DNA from: an uncultured Gammaproteobacteria bacterium
GTDB taxonomy: Bacteria > Patescibacteriota > Microgenomatia > Woykebacterales > RBG-16-39-9b
Reading direction: 5' to 3'
Assembly: GCA_964360785.1 (NCBI GenBank)
Contig: CAYHXX010000003.1
Location: 22,911 to 86,910 of the forward strand
Length of the DNA: 64,000 nucleotides
In this document: positions 37,601 to 45,729 of the stretch, piece by piece
Numbering within the stretch: position 1 is the stretch's first letter
How the letters are laid out: each line of letters starts with the position of its first letter
Notes under the pieces: model-generated
What the model was told of the DNA's origin: nothing
The model's database searches: none
What the model saw: only the letters and a program-made list of their open reading frames with translations
Position numbers and translations under genes: made by a program

Positions 37601-40600
37601 TGTTCATCCATTCCGCCGATGTGCCAACCGGGTCAAGTTGAAGCGCGGTTTTAGCGTCGCTGGCATAGGTAACAGCGCCGTTGCGCCCGCTGATACCAAC
37701 ATCCGCGCCAGCCCGATCGGTGGCGTCATAATTCCACATACGATCATTGACGAAGTCAAAGGCATACAAACCGCCGGAAGCAGTACCTTTTGCGCCGACA
37801 TAAATCACGCCGTTTAGTGCCGTGACACTGGACGGATCATTATTGGTATCTGCTCCTAGGGCCCAGCCGGCGGCATTCTGGCTAAACTTCATCCACATAT
37901 CATTGGTGGCCGCATCAAAAATATAAAGCGAGTCGGTGGTGACGATAAGGATGGCTTTACGGGGAAAAGCTTTGGCGTAACAACGGTCGTCGGTGGCGAT
38001 GACACAGGGATCACTAGGACCGTCATCAAGCGTTTCGTTGTACCAAGAAAGCTGGTCGGTAGTGGCCCAATCTATCCAACGGCCGCCATCACTGTCGGCA
38101 GTTGTATCATAGACATAAATGTCTTTGATTCCGGTTAGAGCAGTGATATCTGAATACCCTTGAGAGACTATTTCTCCGTAAACTGAGGCATTACCACGAT
38201 TGGTTGGGGAGCCGATCTGGAGTAGCCTCTCTGTGGAGCCAGTTATTGATATTGTCCCAACCCCAACTCGGCCGTCACCGTCAATTATAAATGGCGTTGT
38301 GTCGCTTGCGACATCATCAATACGGAGAGCCATGTTACCAGTTCCGGTAGCGCGATGATCAACATAAAGACTGGTGTTGGTATTGGCCGTACCAGTATTG
38401 CTCAGTTTGAGAAGGCTACCGGTATTGGCGGCGTTGGATCCAGAGAGAACCAGTTCGGTGAGGGAACCAGTGAAAGCAATTGCCGAAGAGCTGACCGTTA
38501 TACCTTTTCCTGAGGTCAAGCCGTTGGTAGTAATTGCTAGAGCAGTTTCACCGTCAATAGCGTTGGCAGTGAGGTTGATACCATTGGCTGCATTTGAAGC
38601 TTGTACTAAATCAAGTCCTAGGACAGCAGCGGTGGTGTTGTTTTGGTTGATCTGTAGTGTAAAAGCGCTGCTTGTTCCAGCTGAAGTTGGATTGGTGATA
38701 ACGATAGAGTCTTGGGTGGCATCAAGGGTGATCAATTGATCGCCAGCTGCACCAGCGTCATAAGTTTGCTGTAAGGTACCGCCACCACCGCCACAACCAG
38801 TACAAGAAGACACTGTTAAAGCAGCTGAAGCAAAGCTAAGAGTGGTAGCATTCGAGGTGAGATTTAGGCTCCCATTTCTGTAAAGATTAACGCTATTGGC
38901 ATCAGTTCCCCATTGGATTCCAGCAGAAACTGTAGTGGACGAAAAAGTCCCATCAAGACAATCAAAACAAAGCCCAATGTTTTTCGTACCACCGGCAGTA
39001 ATATTATCAATATGGACCCCGTAGGCATTGGTAATAACATCAGCAGTACCTTTAATTAAATCAGCAGCTTCGAGTGCAACACCATCTTGAAGGGTAATCG
39101 CTCCGCCAGTCGAGTCGTCGACTTTTACTGTCCCTGATATTCCGAAAGCTATCCCAGTCGGCGAGTTGATATTGACTATTGGTTGGGAGTAAATTCCAAC
39201 ACAGCCTCCAAAAAGGGCAATCGGACAAGTTGCAGAGCTATTGTTGACGTTACCAATTGCTTGGAAGATGCTTTGTCCTGCGGAGAATAGCAGAGTGCCA
39301 TTACCTGCAGCAGTATTGCCGATAAATTTAATAAAGCCATCGGTGTCGTTTTCCACCTTTTCGCCGTTGGTGAAGGTGATGTCTCCACTAGCCCCAGTGA
39401 AAGTAAGACCAGTGGTTCCACCAATGACAAAGTTGTCATCGGTTTTGAGAGTATCACTGGCAGAGCGGTAGAGAGTTACCAGATTGGTATCAGTCCCAAA
39501 CTGGATCCCTGCGGCCACCGTGCTCGAAGCCCAAGCACCATCACAGTCAAAACAGAGGGCAACATTAGTGTTGGCTCCTGAGACATCAGCAAGGTAGAGA
39601 CCGATGGCTGTGGTGGTTCCATTGGTGTCTCCAGTCGCGTCAAAGTAGCCTCCGTAGGTATTTCTTGTTCCTGTGCCGGTACTGGTATTAGAAGCAGATG
39701 AATAAATGCCGTAGAGGTTAAATACGACTGCGCCACCGGCGGTATCGATTCCTGTTTTACTGACGGTGTTATAAATTCCGTAATCATTTTGTGGGCTAAA
39801 GACTGAGGCAAACGCCGTACTTGAGGTCCAGGAATTGTAAACACCGTAGCTACCACCGCCATTATTATCGGTAGACGTGAAGGAATTATCAATACCTCTT
39901 ACATCATCAGTTGCGCTAGTGGTATTAACATCCAGCACGCCAGCACCGCCGACTGCTCCTGTGCCATTGATAAGGACTGTACTAGCAAAGGTAGTGGCAT
40001 CCTGAACATCGAGAATATCCGCACCGTTAATGATGACATCATTACCAGCTCCAGCTGAAGCGATGGTGATCGCACCCGTTGCAGTAATATCACCGACATC
40101 GGTGATTGTATTGGCATTGAAATCTAGGGTTGTATCGGAGAAGGAGTATTCAGTTGCATCATTTTCTCGTAAGTTAATCAAGCCGCCATCGGTGACGTTA
40201 ATCATCAAATCATTTGTACTCGAAGCATAGATTGATCTGACAGCTGAAGGGGCAGATGCATCAGCAGTTGTGAAGGTTAGGCTGTCGTTGGTGGTGTCAT
40301 CGACTTCTCCGGAGAACCCTCCAGGACAAGCTCCCCAAACTGGAACACCGCTAGCCCCAGCTCCAGAAAGTAGACACTGGCTGCCGGTTTCAGTTTCTAC
40401 GACTCGAGTAACGACTCCGCCAGTTGTTGTGTACAAAACCGCGTTAGCGTCAGTGATCATCGAAGAGAAGGTAATAGCTCCAGAGGAGGTGAGTGCTGTT
40501 GCGCCAGTGATTGCCCCTGCGCCAGTGATATCGATGGTTGGGGTGTTAAGAAAATTACTGTAACCATTACCAAAAGCACCGGTATTGGTGATACTGATTG

Positions 40601-42194
40601 CATCAGTAAGCAATAGATCGGTATCGGCGTTATCAATTGCGATTCCGACATCCAAACCATTACCACCAGCAGCCGCTGCTTGTTGAATAAACAAACCTTG
40701 GGTAGCGAAGTCGGAAGCATTTGGAGTCGCAATCAGTGAAATTACATTAACAGTACCCGCAAGATCTGAGGTCATAGCAATATTTTCTGTTCCGGCGAGA
40801 GTGAAGTTGGTATCGGTATTAAAGGTAGGAGTTCCGTTAACCGTAATAGTATCGCCGGTAGCGTTTCCAATTCCGATTGTTGTTGAGTTTACAGTTAAGG
40901 CTGTACCGTCATCGACGGTCAGTGTACCAGAAGAAAAACTGTCAGAAGTATCGCTTCGCAAGAATGAAAGAGAGTCAATTCCGTCCAAGCTGTCAGAGTT
41001 GAGAGCGTAACTTGAAGAAGCGATTCTTTGACGAGGAGCTGCTTCAGCATCAGCACCAATTTTTACCCCCAAGTAGAGCGCTGAGTTATCTGCAAAAAGG
41101 GTTGAGGGGATAGCGGTGTCGGCTTGTCCAGTATCGCCAAGTTGTACTGAAAAGATACCGTTTGCATCTGGTGTGACCGACCAAGTTTTGGATTCCCAAA
41201 GACAGGTGTTGGCACAAGGGTCTCCTGTGTCCCCACTGGTAGAGGTGTAAATTCGAAAAACGATGTTGGTAGCAATTGTGGTTGGGTTACCGCTTAGGTC
41301 AGTCAACCTTCCTTGGAAGGAAAGAATTCGGGGTGGGGTCGCAGCAAGGACTAGACCATCTTGGATCTCATTTTTGAGGTTGGTGATATCAAGGGGTTTG
41401 GGAGCAAAGAAACCCTCAAAAAGCAGTAATCCAACGACCAAAATCGCCCCAGTGCTGGCTGCCCAGTTGACGTAGTCGCTCATTGGGTGTCCTCGATAGG
41501 CGTGCCACCATCGGGGTTTGCTAAACTTAATTCGTTGCCAGAAATGCCCAACATTTGCAAGGACGGGCCTTGTAATGGTGACGGGGTTGGTTTCGTAGAC
41601 AATATCTTCCTTGTGGAGGTTAAAGAATGATTTCAAACTATAAAGTTGACTTTGGATTGTGCTCTCTGTTGTTCCCTTTGATCGCAAGTAAGATATATAT
41701 CTTTCTATATCATTGTGACTCACTTTGTCGATATTCTTCTGTGATAAAGTTTCCGCGCCACTCTGATTTGGTTTTAACCAAGCGAAGAATGAAGCTACTC
41801 CTGCGGTATAAAGCTTGGTTGTGCTCGAGGCTGCCCCCTCGGATTTAATATGTTCGGAGTAAACTTCAATCGGTGAAGAAAGGGTATTGTCTGATATCTT
41901 TTGAGGTATTTGAGTAATAGTAACTAGGTTATAACCTTTGGAGTTTAGCCAACTGCAAAATGATTTGAGACTGTAACCAAATCTCCGCAGCGTTGACTCT
42001 GAAAACTGTCCCCCTAGAGTTGCAACGGCTTGGTTTAGAGAATCCTGCCCGATCTCCAAATCTGCCGGAAGTTTCTCAAGAATTGTCTTCAAATCAGAGG
42101 TGTAGTTCTTGATTGTTGAACGCGAAGAATTAGTTGAAGATAAGTAATCTATGAAAGATGGTAGAAGACTGTGTAGTTCTTTTGAAGTTAGCAT
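34662..42194 (-). CDS. Giant surface protein, 2,510 aa as the open frame. The N-terminal 237 aa carry two integrase SAM-like (core-binding) repeats. Met238 (41483) is followed by a TM helix and a Thr/Gly/Ser/Asn-rich ectodomain ending in the conserved C-terminal module (...FTWFILNQQ).
   Basis: Open frame from 42194 to 34662. N-terminal STIKNYTSDLKTILEKL and STIQSQLYSLKSFFNL (SAM-like). MSDYVNWAASTGAILVVGLLLF TM. A 500-nt block at 38990-39480 is about 85% identical to 52000-52510 in the 50888..54199 gene. C-terminal GDYLTSSGIPGVAMKAKKAGFVIGMALEDF. Confidence 0.7.
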   Translation of the reverse strand: MLTSKELHSLLPSFIDYLSSTNSSRSTIKNYTSDLKTILEKLPADLEIGQDSLNQAVATLGGQFSESTLRRFGYSLKSFCSWLNSKGYNLVTITQIPQKISDNTLSSPIEVYSEHIKSEGAASSTTKLYTAGVASFFAWLKPNQSGAETLSQKNIDKVSHNDIERYISYLRSKGTTESTIQSQLYSLKSFFNLHKEDIVYETNPVTITRPVLANVGHFWQRIKFSKPRWWHAYRGHPMSDYVNWAASTGAILVVGLLLFEGFFAPKPLDITNLKNEIQDGLVLAATPPRILSFQGRLTDLSGNPTTIATNIVFRIYTSTSGDTGDPCANTCLWESKTWSVTPDANGIFSVQLGDTGQADTAIPSTLFADNSALYLGVKIGADAEAAPRQRIASSSYALNSDSLDGIDSLSFLRSDTSDSFSSGTLTVDDGTALTVNSTTIGIGNATGDTITVNGTPTFNTDTNFTLAGTENIAMTSDLAGTVNVISLIATPNASDFATQGLFIQQAAAAGGNGLDVGIAIDNADTDLLLTDAISITNTGAFGNGYSNFLNTPTIDITGAGAITGATALTSSGAITFSSMITDANAVLYTTTGGVVTRVVETETGSQCLLSGAGASGVPVWGACPGGFSGEVDDTTNDSLTFTTADASAPSAVRSIYASSTNDLMINVTDGGLINLRENDATEYSFSDTTLDFNANTITDVGDITATGAITIASAGAGNDVIINGADILDVQDATTFASTVLINGTGAVGGAGVLDVNTTSATDDVRGIDNSFTSTDNNGGGSYGVYNSWTSSTAFASVFSPQNDYGIYNTVSKTGIDTAGGAVVFNLYGIYSSASNTSTGTGTRNTYGGYFDATGDTNGTTTAIGLYLADVSGANTNVALCFDCDGAWASSTVAAGIQFGTDTNLVTLYRSASDTLKTDDNFVIGGTTGLTFTGASGDITFTNGEKVENDTDGFIKFIGNTAAGNGTLLFSAGQSIFQAIGNVNNSSATCPIALFGGCVGIYSQPIVNINSPTGIAFGISGTVKVDDSTGGAITLQDGVALEAADLIKGTADVITNAYGVHIDNITAGGTKNIGLCFDCLDGTFSSTTVSAGIQWGTDANSVNLYRNGSLNLTSNATTLSFASAALTVSSCTGCGGGGGTLQQTYDAGAAGDQLITLDATQDSIVITNPTSAGTSSAFTLQINQNNTTAAVLGLDLVQASNAANGINLTANAIDGETALAITTNGLTSGKGITVSSSAIAFTGSLTELVLSGSNAANTGSLLKLSNTGTANTNTSLYVDHRATGTGNMALRIDDVASDTTPFIIDGDGRVGVGTISITGSTERLLQIGSPTNRGNASVYGEIVSQGYSDITALTGIKDIYVYDTTADSDGGRWIDWATTDQLSWYNETLDDGPSDPCVIATDDRCYAKAFPRKAILIVTTDSLYIFDAATNDMWMKFSQNAAGWALGADTNNDPSSVTALNGVIYVGAKGTASGGLYAFDFVNDRMWNYDATDRAGADVGISGRNGAVTYASDAKTALQLDPVGTSAEWMNINDVAAVSVNSSLSAITIGGTTNVIPGQGLSFVALATDSGVTIINLAAQKLLQYSDVLADNYEAVALTKSGKMYALNSTTDQAEKWDAIDSDKTSEVAGTYTSRWTSAVGPALAVGAVAIQTDAPDALEVVERGSLAQDNMDLIYVGHSLGLTEIHDNATVTNGWSKFYNTTRQTMLMPNAIDAALPLDETSGTLAQDASFNNTDMSYKGTFTLGASGVRGKGVTLGGAGYLCSDANADATCDNDASFNSTTTAFNISMWFKHSTTAPAAPQVLYEKCYNTTPAAVVGCVVAYMTTTGTIVGAIDATTTFTQFTTYDITSTSSLAYNDDQWHFLLLARDNVGDLNVYIDGQILNSTNATPQAGTVDAASQVTSIGASCAGAANCATGANFWDGSIDDFTFSSGATTVSQLLSAPARRLYNDARPLVAKRVITVTDATTVSSSTIGDSGETWIPNEFSGMIVTLTGGTGVGQTRRVVSNTTTTLTVSSNFATTPDTTTDFEVDPEALYGASDTVTAVGVTAESPLGEARQMCIGTNDTADGGGVTCYNHQAGPNLIADLFHSNSAQTDDYAVEWTGTNYDDIRSIDLSGRALLIGTEAHIYAETRDVRLGQGLDYLANQLFNIRGELIQDGIILTGSQGLEVGFTGGADLAEYYYSDIGLDAGTLVSVDTDKTGEFITATDKPYQNEMLGIVSTEPGLTLGQNKPGGHPVALSGRVPLRVTTNNGADPIKAGDYLTSSGIPGVAMKAKKAGFVIGMALEDFPPRPGLGVEGGQENSSENPVATGSATLQGSENQAKTSDEPTEDGKVLVFVNRTWFVPSPEQILETTTATTVTLDQNGDLIAPLSAGAKFVWENSTGQAVAWVSDTGEALFSKVTALVGDFGKLVFGEAVVKKEAKTAGEAIFAADATEVFIESDKVTEESLINLTASTKTNGLSLYIKEKKVGEGFVVALERSSGDQPDQATASATTAIKFTWFILNQQ
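41555..41576. repeat. REP-like palindrome (inverted on +, canonical on the - strand), in frame inside the 5' region of the giant ORF 34662..42194.
   Basis: TTTGCAAGGACGGGCCTTGTAA. It separates the SAM-like N-terminal region from Met238 and the TM helix. Confidence 0.55.
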
Positions 42195-42389
42195 GGGCAG
42201 GTATGCTAATAATTCGATCTAAATCGTATAACTTCTTGATGATTCAGGAAGTTATACATAAATTTTAGTTCAGAAAAGGTAGTATTGTCAAGCATGATTG
42301 AGTAAGAAAGTTACTGTATTTAGCTTGAAGCTATGCTAGGTTTGACACCGAAGAAAAGAGGAATGAAATTAACAAGTCGAATTTGCTTG

Positions 42390-42420
42390 GTATTTCAAAC
42401 AGTTATACTGTTTGAAATAC
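42390..42420. promoter_or_regulatory. Perfect 13-bp inverted repeat GTATTTCAAACAG-TTATA-CTGTTTGAAATAC (candidate operator), 45 nt upstream of the first SGNH-dockerin gene.
   Basis: Exact 13/13 palindrome. An extended -10-like TGaTAAATT follows 8 nt before the ATG at 42465. Confidence 0.45.
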
Positions 42421-42464
42421 ATGGTACTAGAGTTATTTTTCACTTTGTGATAAATTGTTAGCCT

Positions 42465-43430
42465 ATGTTTAACAAAAATCTAAAGGTTGTGGTTGCAGGT
42501 CTTTTAGTTGCGGTTTTGACAGTTGTTCCCTTTATTATCAAACCAACTAAAGTTGAGTCGGCGACCGCACTAAAAATAGTCGCTCTAGGTGATTCAATAA
42601 CAGGATTGGGTGGATTTATTACAAAGTACAAAAACTACTTAATTGGTGATTTAAAGAACTATAGTACTGTTACCAATCTGGGAGTAAATAATTCAACCAG
42701 TTCTGATCTGGTGCAATCAATAACAAACAACCAAACTGTTCGAAGTAGTGTAGCGAGTGCAGACTTGGTAACTGTTGAAATCGGAATTAATGACTTCTTT
42801 CAGGCCAGGGGTAGATATTTATACGGTGTTTGCGGCGGAGTAGATAATCAAGACTGTTTGCGAAGTACGGTAACTAATTTTGAGATAAATTGGAATACAA
42901 TAATTGGCCAAGTAAAAGGTTTAACTGATTCGAGCACAGCCATCAGGGCTCTTGATATTTATTACTCAGTAGTTGTTGCAGATCAAGGTACTGGGTCGCC
43001 GGAAAATAGTACTTTTGTTGTACTCAACTCTTATCTTGAACAGATGAACGCTCATATCCACGCTTCGGCTGTTGCCAACTCTATACCAGTTGCACAGGTA
43101 CATCGTGCTTTTAACGGTCTCACAGGAGCCGAGGATCCTATCGCCAAGGGTTATATTCTTCTTGATGCAGTACATCCGACCGATCTGGGTTCACGGGTTA
43201 TTGCCACGGAACTTCGAGTACTTGGGTATGCACCATTAAAGCAACCCTGTCCGGATGTAAATGGTGATACCAGGATAAACTCGACTGATCAATTGATAGT
43301 CGCTCAGAGGTTTGGGGCAACTATCGGTACATCAAAATACCTTGAGTCGGCGGATGTAAATGGTGATGGGAAAATAAACTCAGGTGATATGTTGATAATC
43401 GCCCAACAGTTTAACAAAAAATGCCTTTAA
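42465..43430 (+). CDS. Secreted SGNH/GDSL-family hydrolase with a C-terminal type-I dockerin module.
   Basis: Signal peptide. GDSL block IVALGDSITGLGGF. DAVHPT catalytic His block. Two Ca-binding dockerin repeats DVNGDTRINSTDQLIVAQRF and DVNGDGKINSGDMLIIAQQF bracketed by Cys. Confidence 0.7.
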   Translation: MFNKNLKVVVAGLLVAVLTVVPFIIKPTKVESATALKIVALGDSITGLGGFITKYKNYLIGDLKNYSTVTNLGVNNSTSSDLVQSITNNQTVRSSVASADLVTVEIGINDFFQARGRYLYGVCGGVDNQDCLRSTVTNFEINWNTIIGQVKGLTDSSTAIRALDIYYSVVVADQGTGSPENSTFVVLNSYLEQMNAHIHASAVANSIPVAQVHRAFNGLTGAEDPIAKGYILLDAVHPTDLGSRVIATELRVLGYAPLKQPCPDVNGDTRINSTDQLIVAQRFGATIGTSKYLESADVNGDGKINSGDMLIIAQQFNKKCL

Positions 43431-43501
43431 TCTATACATTGAATAAATGTAAGTATTATTAGAGGTTGTTATTTGAAACCACAGGATGTAAATTAGAGTT
43501 A

Positions 43502-44497
43502 ATGGTTTTAATTAAAATTGTTCATAGACACTTTCTAATAAAGGGTTTTTTAGTCAGCTTTTTTATACTATTATCGATGACAGTTTTAACCCTTTTAGCG
43601 GTTAAAGCTTCAGCAAACAACCCTCTAAAAGTTACAGCCCTTGGAGATTCTATTACATCCCTTGGTGGTTTTATCAGTATCTATAATAGATATGTAACCA
43701 CAGATTTGAAGTATGTGACCCAAACTAACAATTTGGGTGTTGCTGGTTGGACTTCAGGTGCATTAGCCAATGCCTTAACCGATAACTCAACTATGCGTAC
43801 TTCGATTGTGGATTCCAAAATCGTTCTGGTTGAAATCGGAATTAATGACTTCTTCAACTACAGAGGTGCTTATCAAAGCGGTACTTGTGGTGGTGTAGAT
43901 AATCAGGATTGTTTACGGTCCATGGTGGCTAATTTTAAAACTAATTGGGACAGAATTTTTACCCAAATTAATACACTAGTTGATCCGACAAAAACTGCAA
44001 TCAGAACTCAAGACATTTACTATTCAGTCGCAGCGGCAGACCAGCTTCCAACTGCCCCTTACAACAACTCTTTTCCAGTTCTAAATTTTTACCTGCAGCA
44101 GATGAATGCTTATATCCATTCTTCTTCACAGGTACGTAATATTCCAGTGGCTAATGTTCATCTAGCTTACAACGGGATAAACGGTGACGAAAATCCGGCT
44201 GCCAAGGGTTATCTTTTACCTGACGCGATCCATCCAACCACTTTGGGATCTACAGTTATTGCCGACGAACTGCGTAAACTTGGTTATGCACCGTTGACAC
44301 TGGTTTGTGCTGACGTGAACGGTGATGGGAAAGTCAATTCTACAGACATGTTGTTAGTTTATAAGAACTTTAACACTAACAGTAGTCAGACTAACTTTAA
44401 TCCCACCTATGACGTGAATGGTGATGGTAAAGTCAACTCAATTGATATATTGCTTATGTCGCAACAGTTTAACCGTCGTTGTGTTATTTCTCCTTAA
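43502..44497 (+). CDS. Secreted SGNH/GDSL-family hydrolase with a C-terminal dockerin module (paralogue). The track's start is TTG at 43466.
   Basis: VTALGDSITSLGGF, DAIHPT, DVNGDGKVNSTDMLLVYKNF, DVNGDGKVNSIDILLMSQQF. The start is uncertain (ATG 43502, preferred, or upstream TTG). Confidence 0.65.
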   Translation: MVLIKIVHRHFLIKGFLVSFFILLSMTVLTLLAVKASANNPLKVTALGDSITSLGGFISIYNRYVTTDLKYVTQTNNLGVAGWTSGALANALTDNSTMRTSIVDSKIVLVEIGINDFFNYRGAYQSGTCGGVDNQDCLRSMVANFKTNWDRIFTQINTLVDPTKTAIRTQDIYYSVAAADQLPTAPYNNSFPVLNFYLQQMNAYIHSSSQVRNIPVANVHLAYNGINGDENPAAKGYLLPDAIHPTTLGSTVIADELRKLGYAPLTLVCADVNGDGKVNSTDMLLVYKNFNTNSSQTNFNPTYDVNGDGKVNSIDILLMSQQFNRRCVISP

Positions 44498-44737
44498 TAT
44501 CTCTTCAATACTCAATCTCTGATCCTTGTGTTTTACAGTGGTATAGAAAGCAAGACTTTACTGCTGTTTTCTGTAGTGGAGGAGACAATAGTAGCAATAG
44601 GTTTTCTCGGCTGTGAACGTCAGCACAGGGCGTTAGAATAGAGTAGATTGGGATAAATTAAGATACCGCTAAATTCAAGCTACTGTATTTAAACGCTGAA
44701 ATTATTCTAGGGAGGTGTTGGGAAGTAAAGAGATGTA

Positions 44738-45703
44738 CTATGCTTGCTTTTGCGCTTTAGCTACGATCCAGTGGTTGTATCTCTTGATTGCAAAGATTAG
44801 GACTGCAAGTACAATTGCAATGACGATCAAAGCGATTAGTAAAGTCATCCAAGGGATGATCCAAAAGTTTGTCTTGGAAGTAGTAGTTTGTGCTGGATCG
44901 CCATAAGAAAGTGTTACAGTGGCTGTGTAGTAGCCAAGTTTGAAGCCAGGGTCTTTCCAACTACTGTCAAAGATACGGCTGGAACCAGGCAAGACATTAG
45001 AGGCGAGTTGGTTGACGTCTAGACCAGCGACTGTACCGCCAAAAACATTTTTGACCTCAATTACACCTTTGGGTTGGACATGAACGTTGCCAGTATTTTC
45101 AACAGTTGTAGAAAATTTTACTTCTGCCTTATCATAAGTGTCTTTATCAGCGCTGAAATCAGTGATTTTTGCAGCTTCCTTCGCATCTCCAGCAACTCTT
45201 ACCAAAACTAAAGAACCAACTTTTGAAGTAAGTCCGATTCCCGTACCTTCTGTTGGTACTACTGGTTCTGTTGAAAATAGTATTCCGGCGTAATGACCAC
45301 CTGGCTCAGCATCCTCTGGAACAGAAATATTGAAGTTCAAGGCTTCTGATTTTCCAGGTTCAATCGTAATTTTATCCTTCGAGACCAAGATCCACTTAGC
45401 CAAAGAGTAGGTACCATTTTCCTCGCCCTCTTTTAGAAATACGGGGGTCCCACTTTTATTATCAGATTTGAAATCAAGTGCTTGAGGGAAATAGGTTTGT
45501 ACTTGGGAACCAACGTTCTTAATTTTTATAATATCTTGTTGGACGCTTCCGGGTTTTATTGTGTACTCATAGAGAGGCGAGCTAACCTCAATCCCGATAG
45601 ACTTATTATCTGCAGATTGTTGAGCTAAAATTGGAGAAACCAAAAATAAAGGGGCGGTTGAAGCAATTAAAGCAGCTTTTTTAACTAAGGACAGTTTATT
45701 CAT
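44738..45703 (-). CDS. Cell-surface protein with signal peptide, Ig-like ectodomain and a C-terminal TM anchor (DUF916/DUF3324-like architecture).
   Basis: MNKLSLVKKAALIASTAPLFLVSPILAQ signal. Beta-rich ectodomain. C-terminal IIPWMTLLIALIVIAIVLAVLIFAIKRYNHW TM with a short basic tail. Confidence 0.5.
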   Translation of the reverse strand: MNKLSLVKKAALIASTAPLFLVSPILAQQSADNKSIGIEVSSPLYEYTIKPGSVQQDIIKIKNVGSQVQTYFPQALDFKSDNKSGTPVFLKEGEENGTYSLAKWILVSKDKITIEPGKSEALNFNISVPEDAEPGGHYAGILFSTEPVVPTEGTGIGLTSKVGSLVLVRVAGDAKEAAKITDFSADKDTYDKAEVKFSTTVENTGNVHVQPKGVIEVKNVFGGTVAGLDVNQLASNVLPGSSRIFDSSWKDPGFKLGYYTATVTLSYGDPAQTTTSKTNFWIIPWMTLLIALIVIAIVLAVLIFAIKRYNHWIVAKAQKQA

Positions 45704-45729
45704 TCTATCTATCTAGTATAACTAACTAA

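Noticed and set aside
34810-41848. Plus-strand ORFs (for example 34810..35406, 35998..36495, 36606..37040) and small minus ORFs inside 34662..42194.
   Set aside because: Shadow ORFs within the giant minus-strand CDS.
44715-44960. ORFs 44715..44906 (+) and 44757..44960 (-) near the 3' end of the DUF916-like gene.
   Set aside because: They overlap the well-supported 44738..45703 CDS in other frames. They show no SD and no similarity to anything.
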